A stretch of DNA of 64,000 nt, taken from contig OX597834.1 of NCBI GenBank assembly GCA_951406725.2, positions 23,312,001 to 23,376,000 on the forward strand, read 5' to 3'. Source of the DNA: Octopus vulgaris. Taxonomy: Eukaryota. The notes below the pieces were generated by a model. It worked only from the letters and a program-made list of their open reading frames with translations. It did not search any database and was not told the DNA's origin. Below are positions 1 through 11,800 of the stretch, one piece after another (positions within the stretch are counted from its first letter, which is position 1; the number at the start of each line of letters is the position of its first letter). The translations under genes were made by a program, and so were the position numbers.

Positions 1-540
1 CGTATCAAATGTCGCTTCCTGTACCTTGAGAGCATGCTCTGTTACTATGTCACCACCACCTTTATTCCTCTTCCCAGCTACTCCTACCCATCGTTATATG
101 ATGCAGGGTAGTCATGTATCTACTTGACAACATGACCAGGTGCACCTGTGCTGGTGCTGTGTAAGCGCACCCATACTGGTGGTACATAAATGGCACCCAC
201 CACCACTCTGTTAAGTGGTTGGCGTTATGAAAAGCATCCAGCTGTAGAAACCATGCCACAATAGACAATTGGAGTCTAGACAGTTCCCAGCTGGCCAGCT
301 TCTTTCAAACTGTCCAACTCATGCCAGCATGGAAAATGGACGTTGTTGATGATGGTGATGATATCTGTTCCCGTCCGTCTATCATACTTTAGCTTCTCCA
401 CACCTGGCACAAAGCTACCTCCCTCTCTACTACACCCTTACTCAGATGAGGGGTCTTTTTCTTTGTCTTACAAGTAACTTGTTGACCTCACTAGCACTGT
501 ACCCAGTACACTATAAAGTGGTTGGCATTAGGAAGTGGTT

Positions 541-733
541 GGCGGCGAGCTGGCAGGGCGAAATGCTTAGCGGTATTTCGTCTGCCTTTACGTTCTGAGT
601 TCAAATTCCACTGAGGTCGACTTTGCCTTTCATCCTCTCGGGGTCGATTAAAGAAGTACCAGTTACTTAATCCGTTTGTCTGTCCTTGTTTGTCCCCTCT
701 GTGTGTAGCCCCTTGTGGGCAGTAAAGAAATAA
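541..733 (+). mobile_element. SINE family A copy (head ggcggcgagctggcagaa)
   Basis: Same sequence recurs at about 1419, 2950, 3447, 3887, 9915(-), 14232, 30744, 31004(-), 58831; B-box-like gagttcaaattcc and core gcctttcatcctttcggggtcgataaattaagtaccag. Confidence 0.85.
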
Positions 734-1158
734 TTAGGAAGGGCATCAAGCTGAAGAAACCATGCCAAAGCAGACATTGGAGTTTAATGCAATTCTCTGA
801 CTCATAGAATCCTGTTGCACCATCAAAGCCAATATGGAAGACTGGCATTGAAGACAATTGTTCCCAGTCTGTTGATAGATGGCTCTCTAACTTCCTGTGG
901 TGCCTCATACAACAGAAACCCATAAATGGGATTTTCATCATCCCTTTACCTACCTCCTCTCCCTTCCACCAGTTTGAGACACCCCGAAAAAGGTTATTGC
1001 CACTCCCCTTCATTCTGCAATGAGATTTGATAGAATTAATAAATATTTGACTGTTGTTTCTAGTGAATGGACTAATTCCACAGTGGCTGTCTTGTTGACT
1101 TGTAAAACTCTACTCCATTCTCTCTAATTATCGACAATGTTGTGCTTTTCTTTTACAG

Positions 1159-1303
1159 GTGTATGCGTGGGGGTGCGGTTCATGTTTAGGGTGTGGCTCC
1201 CCTGAGTACACTGCACTGCGGCCTCGACAGATAGAAGAGTTCCAGAGTACCTGCATTGCTGATATAGCTTGTGGTGATACGCATTGTTTGGCTCTCACAC
1301 ATG
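1159..1303 (+). CDS. HERC1: HERC1 exon 1 in window (RCC1 repeat)
   Basis: ttacag|...|gttagt; [48 protein letters not shown]; not in ORF track. Confidence 0.92.
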
Positions 1304-1383
1304 GTTAGTTTCGACTCTCATCGATAATCGCATGTTGCTTTCTTAAGAAACCTTTATGGAACACAGCTTTGTTTCATCCCAAA

Positions 1384-1419
<36 letters not shown>

Positions 1420-4400
1420 GGTGAGAAGTTGGCAGACTTGTTAAAGTGTGCAGTATTTCTTCTGACTTGTTACATTCTAAGTTCAAATTCCGCCATGGTC
1501 AACTTTGCCTTTCACCCTTTCAGGGTTGATGAAATAAGCACCAGTTGCGTACTGGGGTCAATGTGATTGACTACCCCTCCCCCTTAATTTCAGGCCTTTA
1601 ATCTGTTTTTTTTCTTTATTCATTTGTTTTCCTCTCTTTTTTCCTTTTATTCAGAGAATGAGGTGTATGCCTGGGGCAACAACACAATGGGTCAGTGTGG
1701 CCAAGGACACGCTCACAGCCCCATCTCTAAGCCAAAGAAGGTTATTGGGTTGGATGGAGTTAGTATTCACCAGATATCAGCAGGAACATCACACAGTATA
1801 GCATGGACAGCTCTACCCACCGACAGGTAATGTGTATGTGTGTGTGTGTGTGGTTGTGTTTGTGTGTGTAGGTGCAGATGTGACTGAGATAAATAGTTTA
1901 CTTCCCAACCACATGATTGTTGGTTCAGTCCCACTGCATGGCATCTTGCCCAAGTGTTTCCTTGTGAAAGGATTTGGTTGACAGAAGCCAGGTATGTATG
2001 TGCATGCATGTATATGTATGCGTGTGTGTACTGTTTTTTGTAAATATAATTATAAGTTTTCATCATCATCATCAGCATCATCGTTTAACGTCCGTTTTCC
2101 ATGCTAGCATGGGTTGGACTCATCATCATCGTTTAACGTCCGTTTTCCATGCTAGCATGGGTTGGACTCATCATCATTGTTTAACGTCCGTTTTCCATGC
2201 TAGCAAGGGTTTCACTGTGTATATTTACAATGTGTATATTGACTATAGGCACAGGCATGGCTGTATGGTAAGAAGCTTAGGTTTAGTCTTTGCGAGTGGA
2301 TTTGCTAGATGGAAACTGAAAGAAGCCCATCATATATATATTATATAAAGATCGTATGTTCAATTCGTAGACAGGACAGCACATTGTGTTCTTGAGCAAA
2401 ACACTTCATTTCACGTTGATTCACCCCCCCCCCCACTTCAGTCAAGGGGGAGTGTAGGCCTGCTGCCTCACCAGCGGGGTGGCGTCATTCGATGGCTAAA
2501 ATAATATAACAGCATCAGATAGTTTGGTTGATCACGTGATCACATGATATTGACTATAGAATATAGTTTGATATTGGGGCATATAAACCAACGATGGTAA
2601 AAATGGGTTTATATACCCCAATATTCGACTATTCCTTATAGCCAATATATACAGTGAAAACTTATAATTTTCACTCATTACCATTTCTTAATACTACTTG
2701 ACAACTGCTGTCAGTTTTTTTATGTCCCCATAACTTAATATTTCCTCAAAAGAAACCAATAGAATGACTGAAAAATAAGTACTAAAGTTGCTTTATTCAT
2801 CTAAACCCCGTCAAGGCAGTGCTCCAGCATGGCCACAATTCAGTGACTGAAACAAATAAAAGAGAAAAATATGGATGTTTAATAGTTAAAGATGAATTTA
2901 TTAGATTCTGTTGTTATGTTTAATCATCATCATCATCATCGTCATCATTAAGGCGGCAAGCTGGCAGAAACATTAGCATGCTGGGTAATATGCTTAACAG
3001 TATTTCATCTACCACTACGTTCTGAGTTCAAATTTCACCGAGGTCGGCTTCGCCTTTCATCCTTTTGGGGGAGATAAATTAGGTACCAGTTGCGTACTTG
3101 GGTCAATCTAATTGACTGGGCTCCCTCCCCCGAAATTTCGGGTCTTGTGCCTAGAGTAGAAAAGATTATTATTATTATTATTATTACTAATGTTCATCAT
3201 CTGGCACAAGATCACCTCCTGCAATGCCCCCTCCCCTTTCAAAGACTCCTGTGCTCGTGCCATGTAAAAACCACTCAGTCCATTCTGTGGGGTGGTTAGT
3301 TTTAGGAAGGGCATCCAGCCAGAAAAAAACATGCTAAAACAGACACTGAATCTGGTGCAGTCTTCTGCCAGGCCAGCTCCTGTCAAACTGTCCAACCCTT
3401 GCCAACATGGAAAGCGGATGTTAAACGATGATAATGATGAATGTTAAGGCAGTGAGATGGCAGGATTGTTAGCATGCTGGGCAAAATCCTTTGCAGCATT
3501 TTATCCATTTTTACGTTATGGGTTCAAATTCTGCCTGGGTTGACTTTATCTTTCATCCTTTGAGTTCTGTAATCAACTCTTCCCTTGCCCCAAATTGCTG
3601 GGCTTGTGCCAAAATTTGAAATCATTATCATCGTTATTATTATTATTATCGTTGTTGTTGTTTATATATTTTTATTATTATTTCTATTTCTCCAGGAATG
3701 TTATTGCATGGAATCGGCCATTCTGTGTCGACTTACAAGAATCCACCTTTCTCTTACTGCATACATTTCTTGAACACTATTGTGATGACGTCAATGGGTC
3801 TGCACCACCACCGCCTTTCACCACCAAACAGTAAGCACCTCTCTTTACTCTTTGTCTCTACTTCTCATTATTATTATTATTCACAAAGGCGGCGAGCTGG
3901 CAGAATCGTTAGCACGTCGGGCAAAATGCTTAGTGGTATTTCGCTAGTCGTTACATTCTAAGTTCAAATTCCGCCGAGGTCAACTTTGCCTTCCATCCTT
4001 TCGGGGTCTATAAATTAAGTACCAGTTGAGTAGTGGGGTCAATGTGATCAACTATCCCCTTCCCCACAAAATCCAGGCCTTGTGCCTATAGTAGAAAGGA
4101 TTATTATTATTATTCATGTTCTGAGTTCAAATTCCGCTGAGGTCAACTTTGCCTTTCATCCTTTCAGGGTCCATAAATTAAGTACCAGTGAAACATTGGG
4201 GTCGATATATTTGACAAGTCCTCTCCCCACAAATTTCAGGCATTGTGCATTTAGAAAATGGATTATTATTATTATTATTAATTACACTACGAAGGAACGC
4301 AGTGGAAATAACAGACAGAAGTCAAGACAGAAAAGGTTGCAAGATGCAACGAAAATTTTAGGAAAATAAAAATAAGAAATAAGCAGAAATTTCACCAGTG

Positions 4401-6465
4401 AGTGTGTTACATAAAAAAGCACAAAAAGAAAATGACTCTCCCCAGACACAACAGAATATATTTCAACACACGAACTCATATAAAGAATCTTGCAAACCAA
4501 ATCCAAAAATGAAATATATATATATATATATGAAATAGATCAGGATTTGAGTGAATCCGGCACTTAAATGGTAAGGCACTGGGTTGGGTTGAAAAATAAA
4601 ATGTGTACATAACAAAAATAGAGGAATGCATACGCAGGTACTGAAGTACAGGCAGAAAGATATTTGGGTTATGCGGAAGCACTCCGTTGGTTACGACGAC
4701 GAGGGTTCCGGTTGATCCGATCAACGGAACAGCCTGCTCATGAAATTAACGTGTAAGTGGCTGAGCACTCCACAGACACGTGTACCCTTAACGTAGTTCT
4801 CGGGGATATTCAGCGTGACACAGAGAGTGACAAGGCCGGCCCTTTGAAATACAGGTACAACAGAAACAGGAAGTAAGAGTGAGAGAAAGTTGTGATGAAA
4901 GAGTACAGCAGGGATCACCACCATCACTGCCGGAGCCTCGTGGAGCTTTAGGTGTTTTCGCTCAATAAACACTCACAATGCCCGGTCTGGGAATCGAAAC
5001 CGCGATCCTACGACCGCGAGTCCACTGCCCTAACCACTGGGCCATTGCGCCTCCATTTGTGTTATGTATAGGGTTGGCAACTAAGTTCCCGCCTTTTTTT
5101 TTTAATTTTGGAATTTATTGCGTTTTTAAATTTTGGAATCTATTTTTTTCGAGAATTCTATTTTTGAATCATTTTGGAATCTTTTTTTTTTTTCTAGTTA
5201 ATTTTAGTTAATTTTTGTTTATTTTCAGATCATTAAAATGGAATGTCAAGTTAAGAAAAATGAGCATTTTCGACACCTCCTTCTTTTTGCTTTTAATCAA
5301 GGTTCTAAGGCCACAAAAGCTGCCTGTGACATTTCTGCTGTGTATGGAGAGGGTGCTATAGCTGAAAGAACCACTCGTGATTGGTATGCCAAGTTCAAAA
5401 CTGGAAATTTTGACCTCAAAGATGCACCTCATTCTGGCTGTCCAGTTGAGTTCGCTGAAGAGCAATTAAACCAACTTTTGCATGAAAATTCTCATCAAAC
5501 GACAAGGGAACTGGCAGAGAAAATGGAATGCTCCCACACTGCTATAGAAAAGCTTCTTCACTCGATGGGAAAGGTTCAGAAATATGGAGCATGGGTTCCG
5601 CAAGCTTTAAGTGACAACAAAAATCAGCAAACCACAATCTCCGCTGGTTTGCTTGCTCGTCACCGCTCAACTCATGGACACAAGCAATGAGTTCTTTACC
5701 GAATCTTTACTGGTGACGAAAAATGGTGCCTGTACATCAATATGAAGCAGTGTAACGAATGGCTTAGCCCTGGTAAACAAGCGACACCACATGTGGAATA
5801 AGATCTTCATCCGCATAAAATGATGTTGTGCATATGGTTGGACTGGGAAGGGATTATCCATTACAAATTGCTTGAACGGAACCAAACGGTCAACGCGGAA
5901 CTCTATGTTCAACAAATGGAATGACTCAACACAGCTATTCAAGAGAAAAGACCTAATCGTCAGCATGGAGTTCTTCTGCTGCATGACAACGCCCACCCTC
6001 ATATTGCCAATATGACTAAGGAAGCCATTCAAACGCATGGCTGGGAAGTGCTGCCACACCTGCCGTACTCTCCTGATATGGCACCAATGGTTTTCCACCT
6101 CTTTTGATCTCTTTCAAATGCTATGCGTGGAGTTTCGTTCAATACTGATGCAGAATTGAGAGCTTGGTTGGATCAATTTTTTGAGTCAAAATCGGGTGAT
6201 TTCTACCAATGAGGTATTGAAAATCTTGTTGAACATTGGGAAGAAGTTGTAAACAACAAGGGGTGAATACATTATTGATTAATTAGTTATTTTTTATTAA
6301 ACCTTTTAAAAAAACGGCAGGAACTTAGTTGCAAAGTCAATATATGGTTAATCAATTAAAGATTCATTGGAAACAGCTTTAGTGGATTAACACATTATCT
6401 ATCTGTTGTTATTTATTGATACATATATGATTTTTGGTAATCAGTGTTGATTTTACAAATCTGTA

Positions 6466-6502
<37 letters not shown>

Positions 6503-7530
6503 TTTTACAAGCTTAAAGCTTATAAGCGATCACCACATTTAAAGCTTATAAGCAGTTACCGTGTATTGACTAAGGGCTACCTTAGTCAATGCCCGGTGAT
6601 CGATTATAAGCTTTAAGCTTGTAAAATATTATTATATATTTATATTGCTTATCCAGGACTGAACTACGGCAAGTGCTTTTATTTAGAACTTATTTTGTGG
6701 AAAGTTAAATGTTATTTTTTTCTGTTTATTTATTTGTTTCCCTTTTCCAGAGATCATTGTCATTTCATTCAGTTGTGTCTGAATATTCTGGGGACTCATC
6801 TGTCCCTTGCTCAAGCTAGTGGAGTCTCAAAGGGAATACTTGGAGATCATTCTCGACCATTCCGTAATCTGCTCTTTCGACTGCTAGATATCGACACCCC
6901 CCCATCAGTACAACAGGTGCGTATTGGGTGCTGTATTTATTAATCCTAACCAACCCTAACCCTCCTTCTTTGCACATGTCTTCGAAAATGACTGTCACAG
7001 TGTTATGCACTCATTATATGCAAACTAAAACCCTGACAGCATGGGTCAGAGGAGTCTACCTTCATTTATTTTATTTTACTTTGCATTTGGTAAACAATTG
7101 TTTCAACCCTAATTGCAAGCTTTCAATGAGGCAGTCACTGCTTCATTGCATCCTTGATGGTGAGAGTGACGAGGGATTGTCTTTGCAACTGGGATGGAGC
7201 AAGTACAGTGCAGAACATATTTATTCAACAAAGACCTGTCTTTTTGTTTTGCTTGCCTATTTACACTTGGTAAAGATACACATACACACATGTACATGTA
7301 CACGTGTGTGTCTGTGTTTACCTTTATGCTCTCTGACTACTACAAGTGTTGTTGTTGACTTTGGGCCGAAAAATTAAATGTATACACAACAACACTGACT
7401 ATAAGTGTTGTTCCTTCTGTCAACAACTCACTTTGTACCACTTTGTACCTGTGAAGATGTATGTAGTTAAAGTACCCTTCTCAGAAGCAAGAACACACTT
7501 GAAAACCAAAAGTGTCATTATTATTTTTAT

Positions 7531-7568
<38 letters not shown>

Positions 7569-8824
7569 TGTAAAGATGAGTTGAAGATATATTGTATATA
7601 TACACTATAAAGATAAGGTATAGATATATAATATTGTAAGTATACACTGTAAAGATCTTGTGTGTCTGTGTGTGTGATATATATATTGTGAACATAAACT
7701 GTAAAAGTGAGATAGTGACATATATTGTTAAAATGTAGGCTGTGAAGATCAGGTGTATGCACACACACACACATAAACAGATGGACGCACACACACACAC
7801 ACACACACACACATGCTGTTAAAATACACACTGTACTGTTGTGGTGTAGATCTATGAAATTACTGCATGGCTGTGTGGTAAGAAACTTGCTTCCTATCTG
7901 TGTGGTCTTAGGTTCAATTCACTTGGGTGAGTGTCATCTTCTATAGCCCTGGGCTGACAAGCCTTGCTAGTGGATTTGGTTGATGGAAACTGAAAGAAAC
8001 CCATTGTATACGCGCGTGTGTGTGTGTGTGTGTTTGGTCCCCCCCACCTTCACTTGACAACCAATATTGGTTCGTTTACTATCCTGTAACTTAGCAGTTC
8101 AGCAAAAGGAGAACTGTTAGGATAAGGACCAGTTTTAAAACTAAGTACTGGGGTCAATCTGTTTCTGTTAAAACCCTTCAAGGCAGTGCCCCAGCATGGC
8201 CACAGTTCAAAAACTAAATCAAATTATAAATGATATACACTATAAAGAAATATTGAGAAATATAAATAATGTTATATGCACACCCTAGGCAGGTGGGCAG
8301 GCGGAGGGGCGAGTGAGGCTGTTTCACCGTTTTACCAATTTCCATCTGTGTTCTTCCTTTCAGGCTGTGATAGAGACTTTATCAATTGGAGCACCGTTAT
8401 TGTTACCACCATTAAAGGAGAGGATGGAACTACTTCATTCCCTGCTTCCACAAGGCAGTGATAGATGGGACACACTATCTAGAGGCCAGGTATTTCTATA
8501 TTATTGCACATCAACTTCATTATCTCATATTTCTACATTATCGTGTATTCCCTACCACTATTGTATATTTCTATTGCAAATGAAATTATGGGTGTGTTGC
8601 ATATATCTCTGGTACACATTCATACATGCATCCATATATACATCCACTTTTAGATATGATTGTAGGATGTCTTAAAAGTCATCAAGTAGCTAAACGTTTT
8701 TACATGTTAATTTTTCTGAGTATATTTCTTATTAGAAGCTATTAAATTTGCAAACCTCTCTTAGTAATTTTTGGGACACCCTGTGCGTGTGTGTGTACAC
8801 ATATACATATATACTTATATATGT

Positions 8825-8856
<32 letters not shown>

Positions 8857-11800
8857 GCATATACACACACATGTATCAACATGTACATATATGTCTACAT
8901 ATAATGCATATATACATATACATATATTTTTACATACACATATACATTTTTGTTTATTTTCAGCGTATGCAACTTGACATCATTCTTGCCAGTCTCCAAG
9001 ACAATTCTCACATCGCATCCCTTCTTGGATTTGCTGAGCCTTTCGATTCTACCGTTTCTGCCAGTCCAGACTATGACAACACAATGGATGTTGAACTAGC
9101 AGAAGTGTTAATGAAAACCGTGTTAAGGACTCTCACTTTCCATACTGTATGACATTTTAAAAAACCTTTTATTCTCTCTCTCTGTCTCTCTCTCTCTCAC
9201 ACACACACATTCCATCTTTATCAGCATTGATTTTCCTTCTGTTTTTCATTTATTGAATATCATATTTGGAAACATAAGAGACATACTTTTTTTCCCAAAA
9301 AGCTGTCTCAAAAAAAATCACCTCAGGTTCTAAATGCAAAGTTGTTTTAAACCAAGCATGGACAACCTTTTGCAAGAAGTGGGCTGCACTACTAAAGAAA
9401 AAAATGCTGTTTACCATGTGTAATTCTGAGCATGTTCTACCCTCATGTCAATCCCAATTTCTCCAAGAAATTTTTCAAACCTGGTTGTTAATGCTCCCAG
9501 TGGCCCTACAACTGCTAGGATGACAGTTATTTTCTCCATTTCCCATATTCATACAATCCCTTCTTTTAGTGACTTGTAATTCTCCATCTTTTCCAGTGTA
9601 GCAATGTCTGTGATCTTGGTTTCCTTTCATCAGTTTATCAACTACAACAATGTCTGGTCAATTATTATTACGCTGGTGCTGGTGCCATGTAAAATGCACC
9701 AAGTACCCTCTGTGAAGCGGTTGGCATTAGGAAGGGCACCCAGCTGTAGAAATCATACCAGAACAGACAATGGAACCTGGTGTGGCTCCTTGGCATTGCC
9801 AGCTCCTGTTAAGCCATCCTACCTATGCCAGCATGGAAAGCTGATAATGATGTTAGCTGATTGACAAAGAAAATGGTAGTAGATTGAGAGAATAGGGAGT
9901 GTGACAGACAACATACCTATTTCTTTATTACTCACAAGGGGCTAAACACAGAGGGGACAAACAAGGACAGACATAGGTATTAAGTCGATTACATCGACCC
10001 CAGTGCATAACTGGTACTTAATTTATCGACCCGAAAGGATGAAAAGCAAAGTCGACCTCGGTGGAATTTGAACTCACAACGTAACGGCAGACGAAATACC
10101 GCTAAGCATTTCGCCCGGCCTGTTAACGTTTCTGCCACTCGCCGCCTGCTGGTATTTTGTTAGGCCTCGGTATGTTCTGAGTTGAAATCCTACCAAGTTT
10201 CTCATTCCCTTTCATTCTTCTCCTGTCAATGAAACAAGAACCTGTTAAGTACCGGACCCAACTTCATTGATGATATCTCCTTCCTCTCAAAACCACTGGC
10301 CCTCTGTCTGTGTTTGAAATAAGTCTTTATTGTTGATTTGGAATGTTTTTTGCTGTAAATATTTGAGTGATGGATTTTCAATATTTCCTTCTGTTTTGTG
10401 CAGGTACAAGCTTTGAATGAAATTAAGAAGAACAGTGATAAAGCTTTACAACTGCTGTGTGTCGATAACAGCTCCCCTCCACGCCATCTGCACAGCTTAT
10501 TGTCATCCTTGCACAAACATTTGCTAGCTTATTGTCGCAACAATTCAGAAAATAATGACATGGTATGTAAACCTTGCGAATCAATATTTTGTTGAGATTA
10601 AACAGTTTTTCTTTTATTTCATGACACAAAATTTCTTGTTTGAAGAATGTTCATTTTTAAGCCCACACTTTCCACTTTTATTCTATGATACAAAGCTTCT
10701 TGTTTTAAAACCTTGAGTAATTCCTCTCTTTACAATCACATAACACACCCTAATTTATTTTGCTGTTGTCTTCTAGCTAAAGCTTGACTGAACAACTTTT
10801 GCCAATTTGAAATATAAATATTATATTTTAAAGATGAAATACTATCTCAATTGTGACTCAGGTTTTTGTAACCTTTCTTACTACTTGTAACGAAAAAACA
10901 TCCTGTGTCAACAGACCCAGATGGTTTGGTTGGACTATATTGTGCTGATGAGATTTTAATAGGATGAAACATGCTCATTGTTCTGCCCCTTGCCTTCAAA
11001 CAACAATTAGACTTTTCCCTCCTCTATGTAAATTAACTATCAAAAATTGCCACGTCATTAAATTATCCCCCCAACCTTTGAGAATTGCTAAAAGTTACTG
11101 CTAGGTTCTTGTGTGCTTTCTCCAAAGATAAATTTCAATAAATTAAGAATTTTTCTCTTTTTACATGTGGTATTAAATACATCATCATCATCCTCAGCAT
11201 TGTTTCACTGTTCACTTTTCTGTACTTGTTTGGGTCATTGAGGTATATTTCCTGGGGTTATATGCTCTTGCTGTCACCAATCCTTGCCTCTCTCCAAGCA
11301 AGATAATATGTCCCCATGGCCAGACATGTTTTCTGTGGAAGATTGAAATGAACTACCTCGCTTGTATGACGGGGATGCTTATTTACAACCATTACATGAT
11401 GTCAAAAAAAGGATAAACACACACACACAGACACACACATATGACAGGCTTCTCTAGGTTTCCATCTACTAAATTCACTCACAAAGCTTTGGTCAGTCCA
11501 AGACTATAGTAGAAAACAACATGGCTCAAGTTGCTATGCTGTGGGACTGAACCCAAAACCACATGGTTGGGAAGCAAGCTCTCTAACCTCACAGCCATTC
11601 CTATTGCTATGACATCATTGAACTTATTTGAATTGAAATACACTTCTCCCTTGTTCCCAATTCTTGATCGTGTGGAAATCCTTCCAGAACCTTAGAACTT
11701 GAAACCTTTCACCTTATTATTTCTAGTCCAGTGCCAGTTCAGTGCTCCACCGTCATTTGTCTCTCATGTTGCCACTATCTGGAGAAATTATCACCTGCTG

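Noticed and set aside
4980-5054. tRNA-like sequence with A and B boxes
   Set aside because: It continues into a SINE body with a TSD and has no complete cloverleaf, so it is a SINE head and not a tRNA gene.
5238-5690. 150-aa ORF as a domesticated (SETMAR-like) transposase exon
   Set aside because: It sits in a TIR-bounded copy with multiple stops and a mutated catalytic motif, and exons 3 and 4 join in frame without it.
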